A stretch of 64,000 nt of DNA from positions 265 to 64,264 of the forward strand of contig NZWE01000023.1 of the NCBI GenBank assembly GCA_002697535.1, in the 5' to 3' direction. Of the stretch, positions 19,359 through 31,292 are shown piece by piece. Positions within the stretch are counted from its first letter, which is position 1; every line of letters starts with the position of its first letter. The stretch comes from Actinomycetota bacterium (GTDB lineage: Bacteria > Margulisbacteria > Marinamargulisbacteria > GCA-2716485 > GCA-002719695). The position numbers and the translations under genes are program-made. The notes under the pieces are model-generated. The model did no database searches. It saw only the letters and a list, made by a program, of their open reading frames with translations, and was not told the origin of the DNA.

Positions 19359-19389
19359 TTGACTGAATCTTTAGTAAAAGTGTTATACT
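19359..19389 (+). promoter_or_regulatory. candidate promoter for the act/cox respiratory operon
   Basis: TTGACT (19359-19364), a 19-nt spacer, then TATACT (19384-19389). 'tgt' lies immediately upstream of the -10 element (extended -10-like). Confidence 0.25.
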
Positions 19390-19524
19390 TGAATCTTACT
19401 TTTATTACTATGTAAATAGTGCGTGATAAATGTGTAAAAAAACTAAAATTAGTGTATTCATTGTGGGTTGGGGTTTTGATGGATCGTTGATTTTAAGATA
19501 TTTTAAGGTGTTTTTAGATATATT

Positions 19525-20223
19525 ATGAGCGATATGAAAGACGAAAATGTTGAGCTTGATTCAGAATTAGAGACTAAGAATTTTGTTTTTCCTAAGTGGG
19601 TTAACAAAGTTCCTGCAATTATTGCCGTTTCTGTTGTCGGTATTTTAATGTTTGTTGTGCATTTGTTTTGGTATTGGTTTTCTCCTAATCATTTAGAAAT
19701 TGGTTATGAGCCAGAACAACCTATTCCTTATAGTCATCGTTTTCATGCGGGTGAACTAGGTATTGATTGTCGGTATTGTCATTATAATGTTGAAACTCAG
19801 GCTCATGCTAATATACCATCGGCAGAACTTTGTTTGAATTGTCATTCTCAAATTAAGCAAGATAGTCCTTATATTAAAGATGTTAAAGATCATTATGATA
19901 GTAATACTCCGATTGAATGGGTAAATGTTCATATGTTGCCAGAGTATGCTTATTTTGATCATTCTCGCCATGTAAATTCTGGTGTTTCCTGTGTACAATG
20001 TCATGGTAGAGTAGATCAGATGGAAGTTGTTCAACAAGTTGAATCGTTAAGTATGTCGTGGTGTTTGGATTGTCATCGAAATCCAGAGCCAAATATTTGG
20101 CCAAAAGAACATGTTACTAATTTGTCTTGGGAGTCAGATGAAGATCCCTTAGAAATGGGGAAGCGTTTGGTAGAAGAGTATCATCTTAATCCGAAAATTG
20201 AATGTAGTGTGTGTCATAGGTAG
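19525..20223 (+). CDS. actA: alternative complex III subunit ActA (pentahaem cytochrome c)
   Basis: One TM helix and five CxxCH motifs (CRYCH, CLNCH, CVQCH, CLDCH, CSVCH). Confidence 0.9.
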   Translation: MSDMKDENVELDSELETKNFVFPKWVNKVPAIIAVSVVGILMFVVHLFWYWFSPNHLEIGYEPEQPIPYSHRFHAGELGIDCRYCHYNVETQAHANIPSAELCLNCHSQIKQDSPYIKDVKDHYDSNTPIEWVNVHMLPEYAYFDHSRHVNSGVSCVQCHGRVDQMEVVQQVESLSMSWCLDCHRNPEPNIWPKEHVTNLSWESDEDPLEMGKRLVEEYHLNPKIECSVCHR

Positions 20224-20232
20224 GAGAAATTA

Positions 20233-23200
20233 ATGAAAAAGCAATGGCGTAGTATTGAAGATTTAAATAATGATAAAAGAGTTGAGAAGTTTAAGTTTCG
20301 AGAATTCCAGGAAGGTGCATCGGAGTTAAATGAAGGTGTTTCTAGGCGTGATTTTTTAAAATTTCTTGGTTCTACGGCTGCTTTAGCAGGTTTATCAGGT
20401 TGTAATATTAGAAAGCCCTATTATAAAATAAAACCTTATGCTAGAAAGGTTGAGCATTCAGTTCCTGGTATTCCAACTTTTTATGCTACCTCTTTTCAGG
20501 TTAATTCTGCTGTCTATGGTCTTTTGGCGGAAACTCATGAAGGAAGACCTACAAAGATTGAAGGAAATCCAACCTATCCAAATACACAGGGATCCTCGGT
20601 ATTATTTCCTCAGTCTTCTATTATCGATTTATATGACCCTGATCGTCTAAAGTTTCCTTTACATTTAACCAAAACAGGATCTATGGATGATTTTAAAGAT
20701 TGGATGCTTGCTAAAAAGCGTGATTTTAGAAAGAACTCTGGAAAAGGGTTAGGGTTTTTGTTGGGGCATACATTATCTCCTTCTACCTATAAGCTTATTG
20801 ATTCTATCCGTTCTGTGTTGCCACAAGCTCAGTTTTATCGTTATGAAGCAGTAAATGATGATAATCGAGTTTTTGGATTAGAGACTTTAACAGGTCGTTA
20901 TGTTAATACAAAGTTTGACTTATCTCGTGCTAATGTTGTTGTTTCTTTGTCAGATGATTTTTTATCTTATGGTCATCATCAAGTTCAGTATTCAAGAGAT
21001 TTTGCAAATCGTCGTGACCCAGATAATGATTCGGATCTAAATCGTTTATATGTTTTTGAAGAACGGTATACAGTTACAGGTACTAAAGCGGATCATCATT
21101 TCCCTGTTAAACAATCTGATATGGTTCATGTTTTATCTCAATTACTTGTTTTAATTTCTAGAAAAGTTGGTTTTGATTTATCTCGTTTTACTAATATTAA
21201 GTATAAAGAACTTCAGTTGGATTTTGTTGATCATAAAGTTTTATCGGCGGTTGCTAATGATCTTGTTTCAAATCGTGGGCGTTCTTTAGTTACGGCAGGA
21301 TCATCTTTAGATGAATCTATGCATCAATTAGTGTTTTTACTTAATAGTATTTTAGGTAATAATTTTAAAACGGTTTTTTATCAAAAACTTCCTTTTTCTA
21401 ATTATGATTTTAATAAAGTAAGATCTATTGAATCCATTACTAAGTTTATTTCTGATTTAAATAACAAAAAATTAGATACGGTTATGATTTTAGATGGGGA
21501 TCCTGTTTATTCGGTTCCTCAAGAGTTAGGGTTGAAGTTAGCTTTATCTAAGGCTCAAGATCGTATTTATTTATCGTCTCATGATAATCAAACGGCAAAA
21601 TTATGTAATTGGGTTATTCCTAAATTACATTATTTAGAATTTTGGAATGATTTGGAGTCTATTGATGGTGTTGTTTCTATTGCGCAGCCTGTTATTCGTC
21701 GAACTGTTGATGGTTTATCAGAGCATGAATTGTTGAATTTAGTGTATCGTGTTTATCGATCGGATTATGCCATTGTTAAGAAGCATTGGAGTTATTTATC
21801 TTCTAATCAATATGATAAGGCTATTCATGATGGGTTTTTATATACTAAAAATACGGTTGTGTATCCTAGTTTTAATAAAAAAATTACTGTTTCGACAGTT
21901 CAATCTTCGAGTCATGATATTGAAGTAACATTATATCCTGATTATAAAGTATTTGATGGTCGTTTTAGTAATAATGGATGGCTTCAAGAATTATCTGATC
22001 CTCTTCATAAATTAACTTGGGATAATGCGGCGTATATTGCTCCTAAGACTGCTAAAAAGTTGTCATTAGAAACAGGTGATTTTGTTCGTTTGCAGACTGA
22101 TTATGCGTCATTAGATATTCCTGTTTTTATTTCTCCTGGACATGCCTTTGATTCTATTTCTATTCCTATGGGATATGGAAAAGAGATGGGGAATCGTATT
22201 GAGGAAGGGGTTGGGTTTAATGGGTTTCATTTGTTAAATAAAGATGGCGCTATTTCACATGTAACGCTTATTAAACAGAGTGAAAAGCATCAGTTTGCTA
22301 GTACTCAAGATCATGGTTCTATGGAAGGTAGACCTCATGTTCGCTATGCTACTGTATCAGAATATCAAGCTAATCCAGAGTTTGCTCAAGGTCAAGAAGA
22401 AGTCCCTCATGACAAAGCTTTATGGGATAATCATAAATTTGATACGGGTTACCAGTGGGGAATGGTTATTGATTTAAATCGTTGTTTATCATGTAATGCT
22501 TGTACCGCAAGTTGTCAGGCAGAAAATAATATTCCTATTGTTGGAAAAGAAGAAGTTTTGAATGGTAGAGAAATGCATTGGAATAGAACGGATCGTTATT
22601 ACGAAGGAGATTTGGATAATCCAAAAGTTTTAGAACAACCTGTATCATGTTTACATTGTGAAAATGCTCCTTGTGAGCAAGTATGTCCAGTTGCTGCTAC
22701 GGTTCATGATGATGAAGGACTTAATGTCATGGTTTATAATCGTTGTGTTGGTACTCGATATTGTGCTGATAATTGTCCGGTAAAAGTTCGTAAATTTAAC
22801 TTTTTTGATTATCATCAACGTCATCCTCAAGCTGTACCTAAAAAGAAATATCATTTGTTTGATTATATAAAAGAGCCTGATAAGTCGTTAGCGAAGCAGT
22901 TTAACCCTGATGTTACTGTTCGTATGAGGGGTATTATGGAAAAATGTACCTATTGTATTCAACGAATAAAATCAGCAACAAGAAAGGCTTCTAATGAACA
23001 ACGTGTTGTAAAGGATGTTGATTTGAAAACAGCATGTCAGCAAGCTTGCCCGACGGATGGAATTGCTTTTGGAAATATTTTGGATAAAGATAGCAAAGTT
23101 TATAAATGGCGTAAAAAGCAACGTAATTATTCGATATTAGAGCAACTTTTATTAGGTGCGCGGACAACTTATTTAGCAAATGTTTTTAATCCCAATAAAG

Positions 23201-23274
23201 CATTGGTTGCCGAAAATTCAAGTCATGATAAAAGACATCATGTGAAAAAGGAGTCCCATGGCAACAAGCATTGA
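20233..23274 (+). CDS. actB: alternative complex III subunit ActB (molybdopterin-oxidoreductase-like plus 4Fe-4S ferredoxin fusion)
   Basis: 1013 aa with Tat signal '[21 protein letters not shown]'. The C-terminal half carries Cys clusters '[11 protein letters not shown]', '[14 protein letters not shown]' and '[12 protein letters not shown]'. Confidence 0.9.
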   Translation: MKKQWRSIEDLNNDKRVEKFKFREFQEGASELNEGVSRRDFLKFLGSTAALAGLSGCNIRKPYYKIKPYARKVEHSVPGIPTFYATSFQVNSAVYGLLAETHEGRPTKIEGNPTYPNTQGSSVLFPQSSIIDLYDPDRLKFPLHLTKTGSMDDFKDWMLAKKRDFRKNSGKGLGFLLGHTLSPSTYKLIDSIRSVLPQAQFYRYEAVNDDNRVFGLETLTGRYVNTKFDLSRANVVVSLSDDFLSYGHHQVQYSRDFANRRDPDNDSDLNRLYVFEERYTVTGTKADHHFPVKQSDMVHVLSQLLVLISRKVGFDLSRFTNIKYKELQLDFVDHKVLSAVANDLVSNRGRSLVTAGSSLDESMHQLVFLLNSILGNNFKTVFYQKLPFSNYDFNKVRSIESITKFISDLNNKKLDTVMILDGDPVYSVPQELGLKLALSKAQDRIYLSSHDNQTAKLCNWVIPKLHYLEFWNDLESIDGVVSIAQPVIRRTVDGLSEHELLNLVYRVYRSDYAIVKKHWSYLSSNQYDKAIHDGFLYTKNTVVYPSFNKKITVSTVQSSSHDIEVTLYPDYKVFDGRFSNNGWLQELSDPLHKLTWDNAAYIAPKTAKKLSLETGDFVRLQTDYASLDIPVFISPGHAFDSISIPMGYGKEMGNRIEEGVGFNGFHLLNKDGAISHVTLIKQSEKHQFASTQDHGSMEGRPHVRYATVSEYQANPEFAQGQEEVPHDKALWDNHKFDTGYQWGMVIDLNRCLSCNACTASCQAENNIPIVGKEEVLNGREMHWNRTDRYYEGDLDNPKVLEQPVSCLHCENAPCEQVCPVAATVHDDEGLNVMVYNRCVGTRYCADNCPVKVRKFNFFDYHQRHPQAVPKKKYHLFDYIKEPDKSLAKQFNPDVTVRMRGIMEKCTYCIQRIKSATRKASNEQRVVKDVDLKTACQQACPTDGIAFGNILDKDSKVYKWRKKQRNYSILEQLLLGARTTYLANVFNPNKALVAENSSHDKRHHVKKESHGNKH

Positions 23275-24640
23275 GAATACGGTACAAGTAAAAAGACCTG
23301 ATTTAGTTGTTCCTGGGGAAACGTTTGAGTCGGTTACAGAAATTGTTAGTAGGCCTATGGAAATGAAATTGCCATCATGGTGGTTAATTGTATTTTGTGT
23401 TGCTGTTTCTGGTGTTTTATTGCTAAAGTCGATGATTGCTTATTTAATATGGGAAGGGATTGGTATTTGGGGACTTAATAACCCTGTTGGTTGGGGTTAT
23501 GCTATCGTAAATTTTGTTTTTTGGGTTGGTATTGGCCATGCAGGTACATTAATTTCAGCTATTTTATTTTTATTTCGTCAAAAATGGCGTACGGCTATTA
23601 ATCGTTTTGCTGAAGCGATGACTATTTTTGCTGTAATATGTGCAGGTATTTTTCCAGGGATTCATATTGGTCGTCAGTGGTTAGCGTATTGGTTGTTTCC
23701 AATACCAAATTCGATGGGCATGTGGCCTAATTTTAAAAGCCCTTTATTATGGGATGTATTTGCAGTTAGTACATATTTTACAGTTTCATTGATGTTTTGG
23801 TATGTGGGGTTAGTGCCTGATTTAGCTACTATGAGGGATAGAGCTAAAAGTAAAGTGAGGCAAATGATTTATGGTGTTTTTTCTTTAGGGTGGCGAGGTT
23901 CTAATCGTCATTGGCAGAATTATGAAAAGGCTTATTTATTATTAGCAGCTTTAGCGACTCCTCTAGTTTTGTCGGTGCATTCTATTGTAAGTTTTGACTT
24001 TGCTGTTTCTCAGTTGCCAGGATGGCATACTACTATATTCCCTCCTTATTTTGTTGCAGGAGCTATTTTTTCTGGATTTGCTATGGTTGTTACTTTAATG
24101 GTTTTAGCTAGGCAGCTTTTTAATTTAAAGTCTTTAGTTACAATTGGACATTTAGAGAGAATGAATAAGATTATTTTATTGACAGGGATGTTGGTAGGAT
24201 ATGCTTATGGAATGGAGTTTTTTATGGCTTGGTATTCTGGGTACCAATATGAAACATTTGCTTTTATCAATCGAGCCTCTGGCCCTTATGCTTGGGCTTA
24301 TTGGATTATGGTTTCTTGTAATGTTATTTCTCCACAGTTGTTTTGGTTTAAGAAATGTAGAACAAGTATTCCAATTATGTTTATTATTAGTATCTTTGTA
24401 AATATTGGTATGTGGTTTGAACGCTTTGTTATTACTGTTACTTCGCTTCATAGAGACTTTTTGCCTTCATCATGGGGTTACTATAGTCCAACATGGGTTG
24501 ATGTTTGTACATTTGTTGGTTCTTTTGGTTTGTTTTTTACTTTGTTTTTATTGTTTCTTAGATTTTTGCCTTCGATTTCAATTTCAGAAATTAAAAATGT
24601 CATGCCTGAAGCAGATCCTCATTATGGAGAGGAGCATTAA
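23258..24640 (+). CDS. actC: alternative complex III subunit ActC (NrfD/PsrC-like quinol-interacting membrane subunit)
   Basis: 460-aa polytopic membrane protein located directly after ActB, with a 17-nt overlap. Confidence 0.85.
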   Translation: MATSIENTVQVKRPDLVVPGETFESVTEIVSRPMEMKLPSWWLIVFCVAVSGVLLLKSMIAYLIWEGIGIWGLNNPVGWGYAIVNFVFWVGIGHAGTLISAILFLFRQKWRTAINRFAEAMTIFAVICAGIFPGIHIGRQWLAYWLFPIPNSMGMWPNFKSPLLWDVFAVSTYFTVSLMFWYVGLVPDLATMRDRAKSKVRQMIYGVFSLGWRGSNRHWQNYEKAYLLLAALATPLVLSVHSIVSFDFAVSQLPGWHTTIFPPYFVAGAIFSGFAMVVTLMVLARQLFNLKSLVTIGHLERMNKIILLTGMLVGYAYGMEFFMAWYSGYQYETFAFINRASGPYAWAYWIMVSCNVISPQLFWFKKCRTSIPIMFIISIFVNIGMWFERFVITVTSLHRDFLPSSWGYYSPTWVDVCTFVGSFGLFFTLFLLFLRFLPSISISEIKNVMPEADPHYGEEH

Positions 24641-24642
24641 TT

Positions 24643-25170
24643 ATGAATGAAATTTTATTAGCTGAATTTTCATCTCCAAAGGCTTTATTAAAAGCAGCAG
24701 AGGTATTATCTGATTGTGGTTATAGTAAATATGACGTTTATTCTCCTTTTCCTATTCATGGGATGGATGATGCTATGAAATTAAAACATTCTAAGCTGGG
24801 GTGGATTGTTTTATGTGGAGGTTCGGTTGGGTTGTTAACTGGGTTTTGTTTACAAACATGGGTTTCGTTACATTATCCACTTATTATTAGTGGTAAACCT
24901 TTTTTTAGTTATCCTGCTTTTGTTCCTGTAACCTTTGAACTAATGGTTTTATTTTCTGCCTTTTCAGCTGTTTTTGGTATGTTTGCTCTTAATAAACTTC
25001 CTCAACATTATAATCCTTTATTTAAAAGTGCTTATTTTAGAAAAGCAACTAGTCATGGGTTTTTTATTGGATTGGATTCTACTGAAAAGGGTTATGATCG
25101 TGAAAAACTTAGAGAGCTGTTGGGTACTATAGGGGTTAACCATATTGAGATAATTGAGGATTCTGAATGA
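24643..25170 (+). CDS. actD: alternative complex III subunit ActD (DUF3341-like)
   Basis: 175 aa with a soluble N-terminus followed by two TM helices. It holds the conserved position in the act operon. Confidence 0.8.
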   Translation: MNEILLAEFSSPKALLKAAEVLSDCGYSKYDVYSPFPIHGMDDAMKLKHSKLGWIVLCGGSVGLLTGFCLQTWVSLHYPLIISGKPFFSYPAFVPVTFELMVLFSAFSAVFGMFALNKLPQHYNPLFKSAYFRKATSHGFFIGLDSTEKGYDREKLRELLGTIGVNHIEIIEDSE

Positions 25171-25784
25171 AACATTTTATAATTTTATTGTTTTTACTAT
25201 CTTGTTTAGTTGGTTGTCGAGGGTGGCGATCTGAAAAACCTCCTGTTCATTTAAATCCTAATATGGATTTTCAGGCAAGTACTAGGTCTCAGGAAGACCC
25301 TCAATTAATGCCAGACCATACAGTTGCTTGGGGGATGGAGTCTGCTATGTCTTATCCTGAAAAGCGAGATGCTGTGATTAAACAGTTTAATAAACCTTTT
25401 TATACAGGTAAAACGAATGATGGGGTATGGGTAAAAACGGTCCCTGTTGATGTTACTAATGCGGTTTTAAAACGAGGTCAAGATCGTTTTGATATTTATT
25501 GTTCGATGTGTCATGGTAACGATGGGTCTGGAAATGGAATTGTTATGGAATATGGTTGGTTTAAACCAAAACCATATTGGGATAATACTATCGTATCGTA
25601 TCGTGATGGTGAATTGTTTGATATCATTACAAATGGTATTAGAACGATGCCTTCTTATTCTCAGCAAATTAATGAGTCAGACCGCTGGGCGATTGTTACT
25701 TATATAAGAGCTTTGCAAGTGTCTAATAAAATGAATTATCGTGATGTTCCGTTAGAATATCAACAAAAACTTAAATCACTGTGA
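25167..25784 (+). CDS. actE: alternative complex III subunit ActE (monohaem lipoprotein cytochrome c)
   Basis: Signal peptide with lipobox 'LVGC' and a single haem motif 'CSMCH'. ATGA overlap with actD. Confidence 0.85.
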   Translation: MKHFIILLFLLSCLVGCRGWRSEKPPVHLNPNMDFQASTRSQEDPQLMPDHTVAWGMESAMSYPEKRDAVIKQFNKPFYTGKTNDGVWVKTVPVDVTNAVLKRGQDRFDIYCSMCHGNDGSGNGIVMEYGWFKPKPYWDNTIVSYRDGELFDIITNGIRTMPSYSQQINESDRWAIVTYIRALQVSNKMNYRDVPLEYQQKLKSL

Positions 25785-25793
25785 GAGGTACGA

Positions 25794-26990
25794 ATGGTTA
25801 AAAAACAATTACTTGGTCATGATATTGATGTTTCAGATAAATTTAGTTCTCTTGTTCGAGGTTTGTTTATAGTAGCGGGTGTATTTTTATTTATTTCATT
25901 TATTTTGTTTTTCTTTGATACGCATTATTTCTTTTTTTCTTATTTAACCTCATATATGTTTTTTTTAACATTAACATTAGGTGCTTTGTTTATTGTGTTG
26001 TTGCAATATGTGACAGCGGCAGGATGGAGTGTTGTTATTCGTCGTGTTCCTGAGGTTTTAATGTGTAATATTCCTTTGATGGGTATTTTGGTTGTTCCTA
26101 TTTTATTTGGTATGCATGATTTATATCATTGGACTCATTTAGAGGCTGTTTTGCATGACCATTTGTTACAAGTTAAAAGGCCTTTTTTAAATACAGCTTT
26201 TTTTATTATTAGAATGATTTTATATTTTGTTGTTTGGTCTTGGATTGTTAAAAAGTTTTTTAAAAAGTCAGTGTTGCAAGATGAAACGGGGGATCATCAG
26301 CTAACTTTAGATTTAGAGCGTTCATCAACTTATAGCATGATTATTTTTGGGTTAACTATTACGTTTTCTTCTATTGATTTAGTGATGTCAATTACGCCTC
26401 ATTGGTATTCTACTATTTTTGGTGTTTATATTTTTGCGGGGGCTACTTTAATTGCTTTTTCAGTGACATCGTTACTTTATATGTTTTTACGAAAGAAAAA
26501 TTATCTTAAGGATATTGTGACTGTTGAACATTATCATGATTTAGGAAAATTAATATATGGTTTTAATATTTTTTGGAGTTATATTGCTTTTTGTCAATTT
26601 TTTCTTATTTGGTATGCGAGTGTTCCTGAGGAAACGGATTTTTATTTGAAACATTTTGAAGGGTCTTGGACTTATGTTACAGCGTTGCTTTGTATTGGCC
26701 ATTTTGGAATTCCTTTTATTTTATTTATTTCACGCTGGTTAAAGCGAAATTTAACTTATCATGCTTGTATGGTTGGTTGGATTTGTTTTATGCATTTTGT
26801 TGATTTGTATTGGATTATTATTCCGAATATAACGCCTGCTGGTTTAGATATACATTTTATTGATATTACTTTGTTTCTTGGAATTGGTGCATTATATTTT
26901 GCAATGTTTTTTAAAAATCTTAATAAGGTTTGTTTGATTCCCAAAAAGGATCCTCGTTTATCTGAGTCCTTAAACTTTGTTAACTTTTAG
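25794..26990 (+). CDS. actF: alternative complex III subunit ActF (polytopic membrane subunit)
   Basis: 398-aa multi-TM protein at the expected position after ActE. Confidence 0.8.
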   Translation: MVKKQLLGHDIDVSDKFSSLVRGLFIVAGVFLFISFILFFFDTHYFFFSYLTSYMFFLTLTLGALFIVLLQYVTAAGWSVVIRRVPEVLMCNIPLMGILVVPILFGMHDLYHWTHLEAVLHDHLLQVKRPFLNTAFFIIRMILYFVVWSWIVKKFFKKSVLQDETGDHQLTLDLERSSTYSMIIFGLTITFSSIDLVMSITPHWYSTIFGVYIFAGATLIAFSVTSLLYMFLRKKNYLKDIVTVEHYHDLGKLIYGFNIFWSYIAFCQFFLIWYASVPEETDFYLKHFEGSWTYVTALLCIGHFGIPFILFISRWLKRNLTYHACMVGWICFMHFVDLYWIIIPNITPAGLDIHFIDITLFLGIGALYFAMFFKNLNKVCLIPKKDPRLSESLNFVNF

Positions 26991-27001
26991 GAGGTTTTTT
27001 A

Positions 27002-27304
27002 ATGTCTGATGTTGAAGTTAAATATTATGAAGATGAGCCGGACGCTGTTAATGTTACTTTAGGGTTTATTATTACAGCTGTGTTTTTGCTTGTTGTTGTT
27101 ATTTTTAGTTATTTTTTGTTTACTTCGATGTTGTCTCATGATAAAAATCAAAAGCGATCTATTGTTAAAACGCCTAAATTAAATGTGTTAAATCAGGAAT
27201 ATGAGTTTCAATTAGATGATTTACGCTGGGTTGATAAACCGCAAGGTCTGGTCAAAGTTCCCATTGATGTTGGTATGCAATATGTTATTAAACGTTATAA
27301 TTAG
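27002..27304 (+). CDS. small single-TM membrane protein (possible accessory ACIII/oxidase subunit)
   Basis: 100 aa with an acidic N-terminus and one TM helix 'VTLGFIITAVFLLVVVIFSYFLF'. It lies between actF and the SCO1 gene. Confidence 0.6.
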   Translation: MSDVEVKYYEDEPDAVNVTLGFIITAVFLLVVVIFSYFLFTSMLSHDKNQKRSIVKTPKLNVLNQEYEFQLDDLRWVDKPQGLVKVPIDVGMQYVIKRYN

Positions 27305-28076
27305 TTTTTTTCTTTTATTATTTTCTTTTTCTATTGTTGCTGTTGAGAAAATTCCAGATGAATTTGTAAATACCAGTATTATTGAGAAATTAGGGGACTC
27401 TGTTTTATTGGATCATGAGTTAACTAATTCTAAAGGTGAATTAGTTAATTTATCTACTTATTTGAATCGAGGTCCTGTTATTTTGAATTTTGCTTATTTT
27501 ACTTGCCCACGTTTATGTCATTTAATTGTAGATGGAATGGTTAAGGGATTAAATTCTTTGTCTGATAAGGATTTAGAAAATGTTCAAGTTTTGTCGATTT
27601 CATTTGATAATCGAGATACATTACAAACAACCCAAGATTTTTCTAAGAAACACAAAAGTTCTTTAAAATCATTTAATTCTAATAATGATCATTGGGAGTT
27701 TTTGTTTGGGTCTGAAGATGTTGTGCGACAATTAGCTGATAGTGTTGGATTTCGTTATTACTTTAATGATAAATCAAATCAATATGCTCATTCATCTGCT
27801 TTAATATTTTTATCGCCTTCAGGTCTTATATCTCGTTATTTATATGGAATTACATTTAGACCTTTTGATTTGACTATGTCCATTACTGAATCTAAGAAGA
27901 ATAACATCATTTCTACTGTAGAATCTCTATTATTGTTTTGTTATAATTATGATCCTAATGAACAGGGATATGTTTTAGAAGCGATCAAGTTAATGAAGCT
28001 AGCAGGTACTGTTACTATTTTTATGATTGTTTTTTTAATTTATAGACTTAATAAACAAAAGGTATTGAAGAAGTAA
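27282..28076 (+). CDS. SCO1/SenC-family copper chaperone
   Basis: TM anchor followed by a thioredoxin-like domain with 'FTCPRLCH' (CxxxC) and a downstream 'YAHSSA' His. The start is uncertain: ATGs lie at 27267 and 27282, and the longest ORF starts at 27216 and overlaps the previous gene. Confidence 0.85.
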   Translation: MLLNVIISFFLLLFSFSIVAVEKIPDEFVNTSIIEKLGDSVLLDHELTNSKGELVNLSTYLNRGPVILNFAYFTCPRLCHLIVDGMVKGLNSLSDKDLENVQVLSISFDNRDTLQTTQDFSKKHKSSLKSFNSNNDHWEFLFGSEDVVRQLADSVGFRYYFNDKSNQYAHSSALIFLSPSGLISRYLYGITFRPFDLTMSITESKKNNIISTVESLLLFCYNYDPNEQGYVLEAIKLMKLAGTVTIFMIVFLIYRLNKQKVLKK

Positions 28077-28080
28077 TACA

Positions 28081-29052
28081 ATGAGTGAACAAGATAATAT
28101 TACTAGTTTAGTTGATTATGGAACTACTTGGTTACCAGGTTCATATTCTACATTATCAGATATTGTTGATGTGCAATTTAATGCTATTTTATGGCTTTCT
28201 GTTTTTGGTACGATAGGAATTACATTAGTAACGTTATATTTTTGTTTGAAATATAAACGGACTGAAAAAAATCAGGTTGCAGAAAAGCAAATTGATCATA
28301 ATCTTACTGTAGAAGTTATTTGGACGGTTATTCCTTTAATTATTGTTATGGTGATTTTTTATTGGGGATTTAGAGACTATTTGCGATTAATGGTTGCTCC
28401 TGAAGATGCTATGGAAATTCGGGTAACTGGGGAGAAATGGAGGTGGTATTTTGAGTATCCAGGTACAGATAAGCGACCTAGTGATGATTTAGTTGTTCCT
28501 GTTGGTCAGGCAGTAAAGTTAGTTATGTCTTCAAAAGATGTTTTACATAGTTTTTTTATTCCTAATTTTCGTGTTAAGCGAGACGTTCAACCAAATCGAT
28601 ATTCGCATCTTTGGTTTGAAGCTACAAAAATTGGGACATTTCAAATTTTTTGTACGGAATACTGTGGAGCGCAACATTCTAATATGCAAGCCAAATTAAT
28701 TGTTATGTCGCGTAACGATTTTGAAGAGTGGAAAGAAACTGGTGAAGATACAGAAACACCATTGCCTATTCTTGGTAAAAGACTTTATAAAAGTAAGGCT
28801 TGTAATGCATGTCATTCTATTGATGGTAGTCGTGTTATTGGGCCAACTTGGAAGAACGCTTATGGTACTATGAGAGAGCTAGAATCTGGAGACTCTGTTT
28901 TAATTGATGATAATTATTTAAGAGAGTCTATTGTATATCCAGCTAATAAAATCGCGAAAGGATATCCTAATGTTATGAATTCATATGCTGGTTTATTATC
29001 AGATCGTGAAATTAATGCTTTAATTGAATATATCAAAACGCTAAAGGAGTAA
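28081..29052 (+). CDS. ctaC: cytochrome c oxidase subunit II with fused C-terminal cytochrome c domain (caa3-type)
   Basis: Two TM helices, CuA site 'HSFFIP...CTEYCGAQHSNM', and a C-terminal haem motif 'CNACH'. Confidence 0.95.
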   Translation: MSEQDNITSLVDYGTTWLPGSYSTLSDIVDVQFNAILWLSVFGTIGITLVTLYFCLKYKRTEKNQVAEKQIDHNLTVEVIWTVIPLIIVMVIFYWGFRDYLRLMVAPEDAMEIRVTGEKWRWYFEYPGTDKRPSDDLVVPVGQAVKLVMSSKDVLHSFFIPNFRVKRDVQPNRYSHLWFEATKIGTFQIFCTEYCGAQHSNMQAKLIVMSRNDFEEWKETGEDTETPLPILGKRLYKSKACNACHSIDGSRVIGPTWKNAYGTMRELESGDSVLIDDNYLRESIVYPANKIAKGYPNVMNSYAGLLSDREINALIEYIKTLKE

Positions 29053-29055
29053 TTC

Positions 29056-30648
29056 ATGTCTTCCGGAACTAATTATATTAATGCTACCAAGGGAATTAAA
29101 TCATGGATTTTTACCGTTGATCATAAGCGTATTGGTATTATGTATTTGGCTTTTGTGTTATTAGCTTTTTTTCTTGGGGGTATGTTTGCTATTTTATTGC
29201 GTTTAGAGTTATTAACCCCGAGTGCTCTTTATCTTACGGCTAAACAATATAATCAAGCCTTTACATTACATGGAGCTATTATGGTTTTTTTATTTATAGT
29301 GCCATCTATTCCTGCTTCTTTAGGTAATTTCTTTTTACCTATTCAGTTAGGTGCTATTGATGTTGCGTTTCCTAAGTTAAATTTAGCTAGTTTGTGGATT
29401 TATGTAATAGGTGCTGTTTTTTGTTTTTATTCTATTATTGGGGGGTCTGTTGATACAGGATGGACGTTTTATACGCCATACTCATCATCAACAGATACAT
29501 CAGTTATTCCTATGATTATGGGTGTTTTTATACTTGGATTTTCGTCTATTTTAACAGGTATTAATTTTATCGTTACAGTTCATAAAATGCGTGCCCCTGG
29601 CTTATCGTGGTTTAAGATGCCTTTATTTATTTGGACATTATATTCCACAGCTATTATTCAGGTTCTTGCAACACCTGTTCTTGCGATTACGGTTTTGTTG
29701 TTAATGTTGGAACGAACGATTGGTATTGGTATTTTTGACCCTGCTTTGGGTGGTGATCCTGTTTTATTTCAACATTTCTTTTGGTTTTATAGTCATCCTG
29801 CTGTTTATATTATGATTTTACCAGCGATGGGTGTTATTTCAGAAGTTGTTGCAACGTTTTGTAAGAAAAAATTATTTGGATATGAGTTAATGGCATATTC
29901 TAGTATGGCGATTGCATTTATTTCATTTTTAGTTTGGGGACATCATTTATATGTTAGTGGACAGTCTCCTTATGCAACCATGTTGTTTTCTTTATTAACA
30001 TTTTTAGTTGGAATTCCGTCAGGTATAAAGGTGTTTAACTGGATTGCTACAATGTATACAGGATCTATTGATTTAAAATCACCGTTTTTATATTTTTTAT
30101 CGTTTATATTTTTATTTACTATTGGTGGATTCACAGGTGTTGTATTAGGATCATTATCGCTTGATATTCATTTGCATGATACTTATTTTGTAGTTGCTCA
30201 TTTTCACTATGTTATGATGGGCGGTACCGTTATGGCATTTTTAGCCGGTTTGCATTATTGGTGGCCTAAGATGTTTGGAAAAATGTATAGTGAAGTAGCG
30301 GCTCGTATTGCTTTTATCTTTGTTTTTGTTGGATTTAATATGGTTTTCTTTATTCAATTTATTATGGGATCAAAAGGAATGCCAAGACGTTATTATAATT
30401 ATTTGCCTGAGTTTCAACCTTATCATGTCGTTTCTACGATTGGAAGTTGGATTTTAGCGGTTGGTTTTTTTATTATTCTTGGTTATTTTATTCATTCCTT
30501 AATGAAGGGTAAGCAAGCGCCTCCAAATCCGTGGGGCAGTTCTGCTATGGAGTGGAAAATTGCTTCTCCTCCAACAACGTTTAATTTTGATGAGAATTTG
30601 CCGTATATTGATCATGGACCTTATGATTATCCAAAGGGTAATTCATGA
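29056..30648 (+). CDS. ctaD: cytochrome c oxidase subunit I
   Basis: 530-aa, 12-TM haem-copper oxidase with '[15 protein letters not shown]' and '[17 protein letters not shown]'. Confidence 0.97.
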   Translation: MSSGTNYINATKGIKSWIFTVDHKRIGIMYLAFVLLAFFLGGMFAILLRLELLTPSALYLTAKQYNQAFTLHGAIMVFLFIVPSIPASLGNFFLPIQLGAIDVAFPKLNLASLWIYVIGAVFCFYSIIGGSVDTGWTFYTPYSSSTDTSVIPMIMGVFILGFSSILTGINFIVTVHKMRAPGLSWFKMPLFIWTLYSTAIIQVLATPVLAITVLLLMLERTIGIGIFDPALGGDPVLFQHFFWFYSHPAVYIMILPAMGVISEVVATFCKKKLFGYELMAYSSMAIAFISFLVWGHHLYVSGQSPYATMLFSLLTFLVGIPSGIKVFNWIATMYTGSIDLKSPFLYFLSFIFLFTIGGFTGVVLGSLSLDIHLHDTYFVVAHFHYVMMGGTVMAFLAGLHYWWPKMFGKMYSEVAARIAFIFVFVGFNMVFFIQFIMGSKGMPRRYYNYLPEFQPYHVVSTIGSWILAVGFFIILGYFIHSLMKGKQAPPNPWGSSAMEWKIASPPTTFNFDENLPYIDHGPYDYPKGNS

Positions 30649-31283
30649 GTCAGTCTGATAACTCTACGGTAGCACATCATTTTGAGCATGCTCACCAGCA
30701 GTTTTCAGCTGCAAAGCTTGGAATGTGGTTGTTTATTGTGCAAGAGATTCTTTTTTTTAGTGCCTTATTTGTGGCTTATGCTGTGTATCGAGGTTTACAT
30801 CCTGAGATGTTTATTGATGCTCACCATCATTTATCTTGGAAGATGGGTGGTACAAATACTTTGGTACTTATTATAAGTAGTTTTACTATGGCAATGTCAA
30901 TTCGTGCTGCTCAATTAAATCAGAGAATGGCTTCTTTTTGGTATCTTTTCACAACATTGTTATGTGCTTGTATGTTTATGGTCATTAAATTTTTTGAATA
31001 TGCTGAAAAAATTCATCATGGATATTTGCCTTCTTTTTGGTTTTCGGGTGAGGGTGTTTATGAAACGATGCATATATTCTTTGGTATTTATTTTACGATG
31101 ACAGGCTTACATGGTTTACATGTATTGGTTGGGATGGGGCTAATTATTTGGTTAATGATTGAGACGTATAAGGGGCGTTATAATTCAGAATATTTTACCC
31201 CTGTTGAAATGGTAGGTCTTTATTGGCATCTTGTAGATTTGATCTGGATATTTTTATTTCCTTTATTATATTTAATAGGGTAG
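30645..31283 (+). CDS. ctaE: cytochrome c oxidase subunit III
   Basis: 212-aa polytopic protein with '[14 protein letters not shown]' and '[14 protein letters not shown]'. ATGA overlap with ctaD. Confidence 0.93.
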   Translation: MSQSDNSTVAHHFEHAHQQFSAAKLGMWLFIVQEILFFSALFVAYAVYRGLHPEMFIDAHHHLSWKMGGTNTLVLIISSFTMAMSIRAAQLNQRMASFWYLFTTLLCACMFMVIKFFEYAEKIHHGYLPSFWFSGEGVYETMHIFFGIYFTMTGLHGLHVLVGMGLIIWLMIETYKGRYNSEYFTPVEMVGLYWHLVDLIWIFLFPLLYLIG

Positions 31284-31292
31284 GAGATTGTA

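Noticed and set aside
19476-19491. Direct TTGAT repeats spaced 11 nt apart upstream of actA, a possible response-regulator or FNR-like site.
   Set aside because: It does not fit the FNR/CRP palindrome (TTGAT-N4-ATCAA). Two 5-mers in AT-rich DNA are weak evidence.
19756-20104. - strand ORFs (93 and 73 aa) inside actA. Other small same- or opposite-strand ORFs sit inside actB/actC/actE/actF, ctaE, ispH, korA, sdhA/sdhB, astD and the two ORFans (for example 20438-20650, 22280-22854, 24176-24650, 25467-25707, 26759-26944, 51985-52194, 52647-52865, 58958-59149).
   Set aside because: All are embedded in genes with clear family motifs. No independent support exists for any of them.
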